Shown: positions 39,837 through 52,517, counted from the first letter of the whole stretch. The stretch is 63,535 bases of DNA, filler included, from Octopus bimaculoides (GCF_001194135.2; 6 parts of 6 records of this genome joined end to end with filler, not necessarily neighbours in it); one strand, 5' to 3'. Program-made: numbers and translations. Notes: generated by a model not told the origin, from the letters alone.

Positions 39837-40323
39837 GACGACAGTGGACAGCCCTGTCTAACCGAACGCGTTATGTCAAAGGGTTTTGAGAGGTGGCCGT
39901 TCACTCTTACCACAGATCGGATGCCGCTGTACATTGCAGCGATCCAAGCGCGGAAGACCAGACCGAAACCAGCTGCTCTGAGAACAGCCGCCAAGTAGCG
40001 ATGGTCCACCCGATCGAATGCCTTACTTTGATCTAAATTGATCAACGCCCCACCCATGCCGGGTTCCTTAACTACCCTGTCAATGATGTAGCGTATTAGG
40101 TGGAGGTTGTCATGGATGCTTCTGCCCGGCACGCCACATGTTTGCGCCGTGTTGACCAGTTTGCCGATGACAAGCGCCAACCTATCGGCTAGCACCTTGG
40201 CCAAAATTTTCAAATCTGCGTTAAGCAGAGTGATGGGCCTGAAGTCATCTAAGACGTCCCCCCTTGTTTGGGTCCTTCTTTAGCAGAGTTAACGCACCTC
40301 GGCTCACAAAACTGGGAATGCTC
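39837..40323 (-). mobile_element. Tx1/L1-clade RT fragment, open frame between gaps
   Basis: LLKKDPNKGD.LDDFRPITLLNADLKILAKVLA.RL...QTCGVPGRSIHDNL...INLDQSKAFDRVDH...SVRQGCPLS. Confidence 0.9.
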
Positions 40324-40423
40324 NNNNNNNNNNNNNNNNNNNNNNNNNNNNNNNNNNNNNNNNNNNNTTAATTAATTAANNNNNNNNNNNNNNNNNNNNN
40401 NNNNNNNNNNNNNNNNNNNNNNN

Positions 40424-40454
<31 letters not shown>

Positions 40455-40469
40455 TCATCATCATCATCA

Positions 40470-40755
40470 TCATCATCGTTTAACGTCCACTTTCCATGCT
40501 AGCATGGGTTGGACGATTTGACTGAGGACTGGTGAAACCAGATGGCTACACCAGGCTCCAATCTGATTTGGCAGAGTTTCTACAGCTGGATGCCCTTCCT
40601 AACGCCAACTACTCAGAGAGTGTAGTGGGTGCTTTTACGTGTCACCCGCACGAAGGCCAGTCAGGCTGAACTGGCAACGACCATGCTCAAAATGGTGTAT
40701 TTTATGTGCCACCCGCACAAGAGCCAGTCCAGGGGCACTGGCAATGATCTCACTT
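40470..40755 (+). mobile_element. RTE-3'-related short repeat (also 45140-45330 -, 53655-53980 +, 55500-55650 -, 58020-58230 -)
   Basis: (cat)n cgtttaacgtcc.ctttccatgctagcatgggttggacg...ttctacagctggatgcccttcctaacgccaac recurs. Confidence 0.75.
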
Positions 40756-41869
40756 GAAATATACATAATTATAATTTCTGGCCTTTTACCAAAATTCGAA
40801 ACGAATATCAATTATTCCTTGGTGTTTAGTATTGTTCCTTTCATAGCCAGAATGCAAAGAATAATGACACTTTATAGATTGCAGTTCAGTAGTATACTAA
40901 AGACTGATTCAATTGCCAATACATATTGAATTCCTTCTCACATCCATGATAAAAAATCTTTTTTTACAAAGGGCTAAAAACATCCTTTTTGCTTAAGTGA
41001 GAAGCCAAACAGATTCATCTTTTAAGTGGATGTTAGCCTAATGTTTTCAAGCCACAACATATTCCAATATGCTCAAATCTACATATTATTATTATTATTA
41101 TTATTATTATCATCATTATTATTATTATTATTATCATCATTATTATTATTATTGGCATTGTTGTTGTTTTTGTTATTGTTGTNNNNNNNNNNTGTGGTTG
41201 GTGTTGTTAGTGTGTTGTTGTTGTTGTTGTTGTGCTTATCATACTCCCCCCCTACACCCCACCGCTCACATCAGTAATAACATCCACGCTCCCACGCTTA
41301 TTGTTAGATTCAGCAGATGTTGTTCGAGAGATGTTTCTAAGACCTATTTAGCAGATGGGAAACAAAAATAAGTAAATGAACAAATAAAATAAAATAAAAT
41401 AAAATAAAAATAATATAAAAAAAAATAGAAGAAAGAATATGACAACAAAAAACTCCCAAAACCTAAAACAAAACAAAACTAGAATCTGAATTATTGTGCA
41501 AATACAATTTATATCATGTAATATCATCTTGTATATCATTTATTTGATAACAGACAGTATGATGATAAATTACATAATGACTTTACTTATTATCGGTAGT
41601 TTTTTTGCAAAGCCTCCATTATGATATCTCTTTCCGCACAACAGATAAACAGAGAAATAAGTCATTGACAGGCTTTCTTTCTTGCTTTTGAAAACCTTAA
41701 CCAGCAATATGCTTGTTTTACACACACACCACACCACACCACACACACCACACCACACCACACACACCACACCACACCACACACACACATGTGTGCACAC
41801 AACCATATACATACATGTTTATATGTATATGAATATACTGGTGCTCTTCACCCAGAGCATCACAGTGAA

Positions 41870-42310
41870 GGCATCTGACTCAATGGTTAGAATGCTGGTA
41901 GTGAGTTCAATTCCAGGACCGGGCTGTGTGTTGTGTTCTTGAGCAAGATGCTTTATTTCATGCTGCTCCAGTTCGCTCAGCTGTAGAAATGAGTTGTGAC
42001 ATCACTGGTGCCAAGCTATATCAGCCTTTACCTTTCTTTTGGGTAACATCGGTGGCATGGAGAAGGGAGGCTGCTATGCATGGGTGAATGCTGGTCACCC
42101 ATGCCTGGACTTGTGCCTTGGAGGAGAACTTTCTAGATGCAATCCCATGGTGCCAAGTTGCTTTTCCCTTAGATAATATCGGCATTGGGAAGAGAAGAGG
42201 CTGGTATGGGTGACTGCTGGTCTTCTATAAACAACCTTGCTCAGACTTGTACCTCAAAGGCAAACTTTCTAAGTGCAATCCCATGGTCATTCATGACCAA
42301 AGGGGATCTT
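41870..42310 (+). mobile_element. SINE family C (also 54920-55230, 60800-61085)
   Basis: tRNA-like head, then ttgagcaaga..ctttatttca...ctccagt.cactc.gctg...aatgagtt. Confidence 0.7.
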
Positions 42311-42393
42311 TTATAATGTAATTTTTTAAATTAAAACTGAAGTTGAGAGTTTGAGTCATGGCTCATGATAACCCAGGTTCATAATTTCCCCAA

Positions 42394-42439
42394 GGCACCT
42401 GATGAAGGCTGGAGAGTATATCAGCCGAAACGTTGTGTT
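42394..42439 (+). ncRNA. Intact solitary minimal type I hammerhead ribozyme
   Basis: ggcac-CTGATGA-a-ggctg gagagtatat cagcc-GAAA-cg-TT-gtgtt. GUU triplet, AACGTT palindrome as stem III, 5-bp stem I; followed by an agatgagga/tcctcatct stem (42451-42502). Confidence 0.75.
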
Positions 42440-42847
42440 AACAACAAACAAGATGAGGACAAATATCCGTCAAATGTAAATAATGTACATAATTCCTCAT
42501 CTCTTAAATATAGAACTATATGGCAATTTTTTTAGTTCTAGCATCCAAATTAGCCACTGTAGGTTTTGAACTCTGAATACTAAGAGTTGGCACAAATCTT
42601 GGAAACATCTCATCTAGTGCTCTAACAATTCTGTCACAGTGGCCCTTATAGGGATAAATCCTTTTATTTGATCACATTCTGTCCACATCTGCCACTCATC
42701 ACCACCATCACTCTCATTTCTGCTGTCCATATTCTTGTCCTTTTCATCCATTCATCCGGATTCCTCTTCTGTCATCACTCAATGTATGATTCCCTCTGAA
42801 AAGGGTCGGTCATAAGCATCCCCGACATCACTCTCCCTCCTGACTAG

Positions 42848-42915
42848 AAGATAAAATTGAGAAAGCATCTTCCCCCCAGGAAATCTATCGATTTATCTCA
42901 GATGGAAGAAATGAG
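42848..42915 (+). CDS. Candidate small exon (phase 1-0): xDKIEKASSPQEIYRFISDGRNE
   Basis: ctctccctcctgactag acceptor, open frame, GAG|gtaatg donor; no recognisable homology. Confidence 0.2.
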
Positions 42916-44159
42916 GTAATGTATGTCTTCCTTGTATTTTCGTATACTTCTTTGATATTCTACATTTCACACAAACAAGTTTAGCAGAATTTCTAAAGTC
43001 TAACTTTTATCACATTAAAAGTACTTAGTTCTGAATTGAAGAAATATAACTGCAGCACAGAGATTTTTAAAGAATTGTATTAAAGTCAAATTGATATTTC
43101 TTTTTTCTTGATTTTAAGGTGCAGACATAGCTACATGGTTAAGAAGCTTGTTCAGCAACCAGCAACCCTGTGGTTTCCACTTCAGTTTCACTGCACTGAA
43201 TCTTGGGCAAGTATCTTCTACTATAGCTTCAGGCTGATCAATGTCTTGTGATTGAATCTGGGAGATGAAAACTGTGCAGAACCCTGTCATACATATATGT
43301 ATGTGTTAGCTTGTTTGTTTGTGTGTGTGCCTGTCTGTATGTCTATCTGTCTATCTCACCACTGCTTCATAACCAGCATTGGTTTGATTATATTCCTATA
43401 ACTTAGCAGTTCAGTGAAAGAGACTAATAGAATAAGTATAAAACTTTAAAAAAAAGAAAGCAAATAAGACATCGAAAAGTCGATATATATATTACGCTAC
43501 CCAGCCTCTGTCATTACTACAATAGAAAGGATTGAGTAAGTGCAAGTTAAAATGCCTTGAAGTCTTTAATTATGTTTCTGTATGCTTCAAGGGGTCAGAG
43601 TCACTCATGCTCATTATGGTATGTATTTGTGTATGAGTCACACAAATAGCTAAGTCCAAACAAACACACCTTACAAAATACAATCTTGGTTCAACACTTG
43701 GCTCATGTTTAAGTCACAGGCTGTTTATCAGTTCTGCATAGACATATTCTTGGATGCTAATTTCCATCAAAATATTCAAAGCTAAACATTTCCTCCACTG
43801 CCGCCTCCACCGCCACCCATAACATGCCTAATAATACTACATGTAAGCATATCCTTTGGTTGCTCTTAACAAAGTAAACCCATGTTAATGAACTCTTAAT
43901 TCTCTATCGTTAATAATTGTTTTTTTTTTTTATTTAATCACATGCAACAATGCACTTTCCGTTCTGTTTTAATTTATCTCATGCAATAACAAAAATAATT
44001 AACACCCACTTGATTTCCTGGCATCTATGCACCATCTCTTCGATGTTTTAATTACTTCAAAAATAGTTTTCTGATGTAAAAAAAAACACATGTTTGGGTG
44101 TTTATCAAAGTATGAATTACATAATCAGCTTTATACAGATAATATATTGTGGTGCCAAA

Positions 44160-46335
44160 GACAGCGAGCTGGCAGAAATGGTAGCACACAGGGAGAAATA
44201 CTTAGCAGTATTTTATCTGTCTTTACGCTCTGAGTTCAAATTCTGCTGAGGTTAACTTTGCTTTCCATCTTTCCAGAGTTGATAAATTAAGTACCACTTG
44301 TGTACTGGGGTCGATCTAATTGACTGGCCTCCTCCCCCAAAATTTCAGGCCTTGTGCTTAGAGTAGAAAAGAATATATTGTGGTGCCCTGCTCTACTTCT
44401 GTATGGTGCTATAATAAGGGTTTCTGATTTAAGTACAAGGCCAGCAATTTTGAGGGGAGGGAATTCATTGATTATATCAACCCTAATTGTTGACAAGCAC
44501 ATGATTTTATTGCCCTTAGGCACTAGACGGACCTTCTGTCTGCCACCCCCAGACCTCATAAAAAGCACATATTGCCTACAGTAGATCCATAAGTGCCACC
44601 TGGGGTGGACCGCCCCTACTGCCCCTACCACCCCACTCTAGCTATGCAAGTGCCCCTGGGCAAGATGAAATACAAAGTTGAAGTTAGCATCATTTGAACT
44701 TAGAACATAAAGAGCCAAAACAAATACAAGGGGTGTTTTGTCTGATTCTTCTAATCCTCCATTTCAAAAGACCAATGGTTCTGAGGGCTGATGGTCAGTC
44801 AATACCATTGGCTTCAGTACTTGATCGGTACTATTTTTACTCATCTTCGAAAGATGCAAAGAAAAGTGGACATTTGCTTGACTTGAACTCAGAATGTAAA
44901 GGGCTGAAACAAATACCACAAGGTATATTTTTTCACAATCTAACAATTCTCTGAGTTCACCACATTACCACCTTGAAATAATAATTCCTTCTATAACAGG
45001 CATTAGGCCTGAAATTTTGGGGGATGGAGTTAGTTAATAACATCAACCCCAATGCTCAACTGGTTCTTATTTCGTCGACCCCTGGGTCTAGTTAATTACA
45101 TTGATCCTAGTACTTTATTCATCGAGCAGAAATAATGAGAAGCGTGCTGGTGGCACGTAAAAGCACTTACTACACTCTTGGAGTGGTTGGTGTAAGGAAG
45201 GGCATCCAGCTGTAGAAACACTGCCAAATCAGATTGGAGCCTAGTGTAGCCATCTGGTTTCACCAGTCCTCACTCAAATCGTCCAACCCATGCTAGCATG
45301 GAAAGCGGACGTTAAACGATGATGATGATGATAAAAGTTGACCTTGCTGGAATTTGAACTCAAAATGTAAAGACATGAAATTTTGCTAAGCATTTTGTCC
45401 AGAATGCTATCAACTTTACCAGATCATCATTTTTACCACAAATTAATAATAATGCTGTGTAAGGTAGTGAAGTCGCAGAATCTTTAGGATGCTGGACAAA
45501 ATGCTTAGCAGAATTTCATCTGTTTTTATATTTTGAGTTCAAATTCTGCCCAGGTTGATTTTGCCTTCCATCTTTCGGGGCGGTGGGGGTTGATAAAATA
45601 AATACAGCTCCTCGTGGAGCTTTAGGTGTTTTCGCTCAATAAACACTCACAAGGCCTGGTCTGGGAATCGAAACCACGATCCTCTATGATTGATCGCGAG
45701 TCCGCTGCCCTAACCACTGGGTCATTGCGCCTCCACCCAATGGAAATATAAGCAAGCATAAAAGTCCTCTCAGAACTCTAACCCATGGCCCAGTGGAACC
45801 TCGATGATGTGACAGCTGGAAACAGAGAGAGAGAGAGAGAGAGAGAGAGGTGGAACTGCACCAATACACTGCTGGTGCTCATTTTCAGTTGAGTGAATCA
45901 GAGGAATGTGAAATGATGTGACTTGCTCAAGGACTCAACATACTGCTTAGTCTGAGAACTGAACCCATAATCATATGATTTTGAACCTAATGTCCTAATC
46001 CCGCTTAACCATGTGCCTTCACATATGTCAGCCAATTGGCTGACTGCATGTGAAGATACTGGATAAAGTTGTAAAAATCTGCCTGCTACTATGGTCTGCC
46101 TACATTACTTTATAAGGGACATAGGGCTGGTTTCATGATTTCTCTGGTGTATATATCTTCCCCTGGATAGGATGCTAGTCCTTCACAGGATTACTAATTT
46201 TTGCCAGCTGAGTGGAGTGAAGCAATGTGAAATAAAGTGTTTTGCTCAAGAACACAATGCATTGCCTGGTCCAGGACTTGAAACTACAATCTTACACTCC
46301 TGAGTCCAACATTTTAACCACTAAACCATGCGCCA
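44160..46335. mobile_element. Dense SINE cluster in both orientations
   Basis: Family A + (44160-44370, 45460-45600) and - (44420-44520, 44780-44960, 44985-45130); family B - (45600-45735); others to 46335. Confidence 0.75.
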
Positions 46336-46817
46336 CCAAAGCTTACTACTACGGCTGACAGTATTTACTGAAAGTTACTCATTAGCAGTGTCTGAGATCA
46401 CTCATCAAAAGAGAAGATTATGGTTTGCAGTTAAACAGCAAAAACAATATTTTATGGATTGCTATTTACAATGTAACATATATTTTGTATTGAGATATTC
46501 TGTATGTTCAGCAGATGAGACGCATGCTGGTTTTTCCTTCTTAGAATTCTTTCAGAAAACTCATATATATTCCATCAACCATATTCCCAGAACAAAGAAA
46601 AAATATTATTGATTTATTTGACATTGTGGGTAAATAGTTAAGAAACATATTCCTATATATCAAGCATACCATCACCGTATAGTTGTAATGTTACAAACAC
46701 ATACGCAAACCATAAAAACATAAACATATTTCATCATAACATAATAGAATATATATGTATATGATGACATCTTGAGCATATTCTGGATTCCAGATACATT
46801 TTCTCTTGTGTCTTACG

Positions 46818-47341
46818 TACAGCAGGGTGCAAAAGTAGGTATACAGTGAGCATCACATCAACGTTATAATACTTAATTCATTAAAACTATTAGCACATTA
46901 AATTAATTAGACTCAATTTTGATATTTTCAGTGTCGTTAATCATGGTAATGATTACTATATGGTATTATATGGTATTATATAATTATAATAATGCTTTTA
47001 TCATAAGTTTTAATTTTTTTGATAAAATAAATGAGTATTGTACATCTTTTCTTTTCTTTCTTTTTCATAACTATATGCCTACTTTTGCACTACCATATAT
47101 GTGTGTGCGTGTGTGTGTGTCTGTGTCTGTGTGCCTGTGTGTGTGTATATATGTATATAATAATAATAATATTAGGGATAAAAATCCAAAATTACAGGTA
47201 AAATCTCACTCAATTAAAATCAATTTATTAAAGATTAGAATTAAATTAAGTTTCACAGTATTAAATATTACTTATTAATTTTTCTATATGTGACAGTGGA
47301 TTTTCATCGATGAGTTCATGAACCTTCGTTCTTTTCCCTTA

Positions 47342-47381
<40 letters not shown>

Positions 47382-47592
47382 GGTGAGGGTGTGAAAAAGT
47401 AGGTACACAGTAAGTATCACATCAATTTCATAATATTTAATTCATTAAAATAATTAGCACATAAAATTAGTTAGCCTCATTTTTGATGTTTTTCAGTGTC
47501 ATTAATCATGATATTACATTTATCATAACAATAATAATACTTTTATAATAACTTTTAACTTTTGCGATAAAAATAAATGAGTCTTGTACTTG
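46818..47592 (+). mobile_element. Two direct copies of a Tc1-like terminal segment (46818-47045, 47376-47592)
   Basis: taca.cagggtg...aaaagtaggta.acagt.ag.atcacatcaa...ttaattcattaaaa occurs twice. Confidence 0.55.
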
Positions 47593-47717
47593 GCCAAAAA
47601 AGGAAGGGAAAAAAAAANNNNNNNNNNNNNNNNNNNNNNNNNNNNNNNNNNNNNNNNNNNNTTAATTAATTAANNNNNNNNNNNNNNNNNNNNNNNNNNN
47701 NNNNNNNNNNNNNNNNN

Positions 47718-47769
<52 letters not shown>

Positions 47770-48944
47770 ATGCATGTGTGTGTGTATGCATATACTTATG
47801 GAAACATAAAGATACTATATATGTGAGCGTAGCATGGAAGGTGGTGGCAGAGAGAGGGCTCCAGAGGAAGAAGTATATATAAACTGGATTCTTTTTGGAA
47901 TCACGTCATTTTTATCAGTGAAATTCAACCAACGATGAATATGAAGATACATTTTGTATTACGTTTTAGTAAGTTCACTTTTATTGTTATTATAGAATAT
48001 TGCTGTTGTTGTTTTTGTTTATATTCTTATCAGATTTTACCTATCCGTCATATAACCTAAATCAAATGACAAGTCACATTCCAATCATTTATTTTTTTTC
48101 AGACATAGTGAAACTAATCTATATTAATCAAATGTAATCTTTCTTTTTAAATCTTGAATTTGTTTGGCAAGATTTCTGATCTGAATCCATGTCTAGCATT
48201 TAAAAGAGAAAAGAGACACCCATGGAGGAAGTTGGTCTCCCGAAATATAATTTTATATATTATTTAGAAAATGAGAGTGAAGTGAAATATAGACAAATAA
48301 CAACTGTTGAGCTTTTTTTTCCATAGGCTTTATAACTCATGACTCTTCACAAATATAACATCATAAATTTGTTTGATTATTGTAGTAAAACAGAAAATTA
48401 GAGATGCTAGCGATACCGCAAGATTGGAGCCGTTAGTAATGATGTCAGCTGTTTGACATCTCACAAAAGCAAGTTCTACAACAGCCTCGAATCAAACAAA
48501 CCCTTTCAATGAACTTAAATTAGAAGAAATCTATGTGCAAACCTGTCAGGCGATTAATTCATTTTTCAAGGAGTCAAACCGGTTTAATTTTACTAATTGG
48601 CCCTCTCGTTCCTTTAGCAGCCTCCCATTTGTTGCATGCATTCTGGGTGAGTTTTTGACCTGAGAAAAACATTCGCTTTTTCCACCCAAGCGTTTCAGAC
48701 ACATCAAGAATATATTAGATGCTGTATTTCCGCATCTGACTGAAATATTAACATGTAGTGTAAAAAAAGAATAAAAAACGAACTATAGCGTAATGTATAA
48801 TGTTTTCTCTCTTCTAATTCCAGCATTATATCTCTTCGTGATATGTCGTGGACAAGGTATGTAAAACTATATATTAACCTTTCTTTCTATAAATAACTAT
48901 ATATGTAATTGAATGTGTGTGTGTTTGAGCATATCTATGTGTGT

Positions 48945-50350
48945 ATCTGTGTTGGAGTGATTTCGAAATAACAGACAGCATAGTTGATAAAAAACGCCAG
49001 ACGCTACGGTGCTCGTCATGGGTTGACCACCGGCGATGGTCGATTTGACAGGCATCCAAGAATTTTTTTTCAAGCCGTCCTTGTATCGCTTCTTTGGTGC
49101 ACCTCTATCCCAATGACCAGTGGAAAGTTTACAGTAGTGCGTAATCTTGAGCAGATGCTGGCCCTTCATTCAGGAGACGTGGCCTGTCCAGCGTAGCTGC
49201 AACATCGGCGGTATAACCTTAATGCTGGTGAACTCTACTTATTTAAGGATTACTGCATTGGTGAAGAAATCACTCCAGTGGATGCCGAGGATGGTGCGGA
49301 TGCAGCACTGTTGGAAGCGCTCAAGGAGTTGTAGATGGTAGCGATAAGGGACCCACGACTCCGAACCATATAGGAGGGTTGTAAGAACCATGACTGGCTC
49401 TGTAAATGTTGATCTCGATGCCCTTTTTCAGGTGTTTGTTGTACCATACACGTTTGTATGTTCAAACCAAATACACTTTTCGCCTTTGCAACTCTGTCAT
49501 CGATTTCTTTGTGGATGTTGGCCGCTGACGTGATGGTGCATCCCAGACAGGTAAACTGATAGACCCTTTTCAATTCAGTCTCGCTAATGAGGATATGGGG
49601 AGGGTGGTGGAGTACCTACGTCTTCCTTAAGCTGATTTCTAGCTGAAAGAACTGGGCAGTCTCTGCGAAGCAGGAAGGAATATATTGCAAGGCTCTTCCT
49701 ATGTGGACAAAAAGGGTAGCATCGTCGGAAAACAGGAAGTCTTGGATCACTAGTTCGAGGGTCTTCATAAAGGCATACAGTCGTCAGGAATACAGGCTGT
49801 CACCAAGATGGTATCTGAAATAGACTCCGCCCTCGTCAGCAAGATCTGTGGCCTGCATGAGCATCATACTGACGAAGATTGGGAAGTTGCTCAGAGGTCA
49901 ATGCTGAGTCTGATTTCGCAACACAGGTCTTCGTGCATTTTCAGGAACTTTGGCTTGCAACCGAATCCTTCCACGATCTGCCATAATCCTTTCCGACTCG
50001 CTGTGTAAAATCATTTAAGCAGGTCAACGAATGTTACATACAACCCTTTGTTTTGCTCTGACACGTTTCTTGGTCCTGCCAGGGAACAAACACCATCATC
50101 TGTGGTGGTCCTGTTGGCTCTGAATACGCACTGACTCCCTGGAAGTTGTTCTTCAGCGATGGTGGGTTTCATTTCTGTCCAGCAGAACTCTTGCGGGGAA
50201 AAATATATATGATAAGAACAAAAGGTTCTTTGGGGTGGAAAGTGCTTTCAGGTGAGGATTTGAAGATGACACATTGCTTCTTCAATCACACGATGTTAAA
50301 TGTTTGGGTAGCCTTGATAGATACGATACCTCATGGTCTCTTATTTGTAG
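48945..50350 (-). mobile_element. RTE-clade LINE relic
   Basis: VIQDFLFSDDATL; QLEISLRKT; QFTCLGCTITS..NIHKEID.RVAKAKSVFG; GHWDRGAPKKRYKDGLKK. Confidence 0.85.
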
Positions 50351-51284
50351 CCTGCCTTGGTCACACTCTTTACTCAGACTATGAAACGCAGTGTATTCGC
50401 ATGCACCAGTACTACTTTCTCTGTCAATCCTCACTCTTTTCTGGATATAGCCAATCATGAATTTCAGTTAGTTGAATGTCTCTCCTTCACTTTAAATACT
50501 TGTGTTGCTTCTGCTGTTCTCCCAAAACCTCCCTCTACTTGTTAATATTAAACAGTATTATTTTGTCCTTCATCGAGGCATTTCTCTCCCTTTATCTCAT
50601 CTCTTGATTCACTGTCCTTTATCACTTCAAATATTCGCATCTATTCTTGGCTTTCATATGCAACTTGAAAGAAAAAAGAGATTGGAACAATTTGATCTTA
50701 AACCTGTTTAATCAGGGCTAGTTTTGGTATCTTTTATCAAGTACTTGCTTTCAGTCGTTGAACTGCGGGCATACTGCGGCACCACCTCGAAGTGTCTAGT
50801 GAAACAAACCACCCCAAGACTTATTCAATTAAGCCTGACACCTATTCTATCGTTAGCTGTTACCGAACCGCTAAGTTTCAGCTGCGTAAGCAAAAGAGCA
50901 TTGGTTGCCAAGCGGTGGTGGAAGACAAATGTATATACAAAGACATACGCACGCACGCACGCGCGCGCGCATGCACCCCTCATACACCCACACATACACC
51001 CACACACATATATGTACGTCAGGCTTCTTTCAATTTCCGACCACCAAATCCATTCACAAGGTTTTTGCCAACACGAAGTTATAGTAGTAGATACGTGCCC
51101 AAGGTGACACGGAGCGGAACTGAACCTGGAAGTATGTGGTTGAAAAGCAAATTTATCTCCACACATTCATATAACTAAAAATAACAATAATAATATTAGT
51201 CGCTGACCGTATAATACAATCGAAAATTCTTCAGTCAAAATGTAACCAAATTTTTCATATATGCTTTCGTATATATACTTTTCT

Positions 51285-51710
51285 ACTCTAGGCACAAGAC
51301 CTGAAATATTTGGGGAGGGGGTCAGTTGATTAGATCGACCCCAATACGCAACTGGTACTTAATTTATCGACTCCGGAAGGATGAAAGGTAAAGTCGACCT
51401 CTGCGGAATTTGAACTCAGAACGTAAAGACAGACGAAATACGATTAAGCATTTCGCCCGGCGCGTTAACGTTTCTTATTTCTTTATTACCCACAAGGGGC
51501 TAAACATAGAGGGGATAAACAAGGACAGACAAAGGGATTAAGTCGATTACATCGACCACTGTGTTTAACTGGTAGTAAATTTATCGACCCCGAAAGGATG
51601 AAAGGTAAAGTCGACCTCTGCGGAATTTGAACTCAGAACGTAAAGACAGACGAAATACCGCTAAGCATTTCGTCCGGCGTGTTAACGTTTCTGTCAGCTC
51701 GCCGCCTTGC
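51285..51710 (-). mobile_element. Tandem pair of SINE family A
   Basis: ggatgaaaggtaaagtcgacctctgcggaatttgaactcagaacgtaaagacagacgaaatac at ~51380 and ~51597. Confidence 0.9.
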
Positions 51711-51861
51711 GTTCGTATATATTAAATCAGAGAAATTCTATGACTGCAAAATATATAATTTATTATTTCAAGTTGAATTATTTCCCATTTAATTTCTATC
51801 TTATCAGGATTTCTTCAGCTTTATATATTCTATGTTTCATTTTACTATATTTTTTACAAAG

Positions 51862-52116
51862 GTAACGAGTCAAATTATAATCGACCTAAATTTATCAAAG
51901 TCACCAATGCTACAATTAAGAAAGATTACATGCAGAAGATAGAGGTGAACAATAGCGAAGAGTGTGCGGGATTGTGTTACCAGAAAGATGAGTGTCATTC
52001 ATTCGTATTCGACCACTCAAATGAAACATGTGAACTTTATAAAGCATCAACAGAAACACACAGATTAAGAATCTCAAATGCGGACTTCTACCAGTTCAAA
52101 TATATGAGTAAAAACG
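51862..52116 (+). CDS. Internal exon encoding a PAN/apple domain (phase 1-1, 255 nt)
   Basis: Acceptor tttttttacaaag, donor G|gtaaat. xNESNYNRPKFIKVTNATIKKDYMQKIEVNNSEECAGLCYQKDECHSFVFDHSNETCELYKASTETHRLRISNADFYQFKYMSKN has the C-x3-C-x5-C-x-S-F-x-F...C-x-L PAN core. Confidence 0.8.
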
Positions 52117-52143
52117 GTAAATATATACTACTACTACTACTAC

Positions 52144-52214
<71 letters not shown>

Positions 52215-52225
52215 ATTATAATAAT

Positions 52226-52517
52226 AGCTTAGATACCAGGAAACCCCAAAATGGCAGAAATTCAAAAGATAGTGCTCACGGGAACTGTCCATTCTTACGT
52301 GAAATACTGTCTATGTAATCTCAAATTTTAAAACAACTCATAATTTCCTTATGTTTTCTTAAATATTCTCTAGAACAATACAATGTACAAAACTAAATAT
52401 ATAGTACCTTAGGCATAACACCAACATGAATTTCTAACTTGTTGTTTCTTGAGGTCTCTGGGTGAGACTTGGAGTCAACTTGTACAAATACAAAGCAAAT
52501 GTCAAACATATAATAAT
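52226..52517 (+). mobile_element. R4/Dong-like 3' end next to (TAA)n
   Basis: IPGNPKMAEIQKIVLTGTVH(fs)ILREILSM*; preceded by (TAA)n at ~52143-52207 and ends tataataat. Confidence 0.7.

Noticed and set aside
48220-48260. HHR-like ggaggaagttggtctcccgaaa
   Set aside because: No CUGANGA and no stem I.
48400-48760. GIY-YIG C-terminal remnant on the minus strand
   Set aside because: One vague motif (RLLKEREGQLVKLN) and no GIY/YIG.
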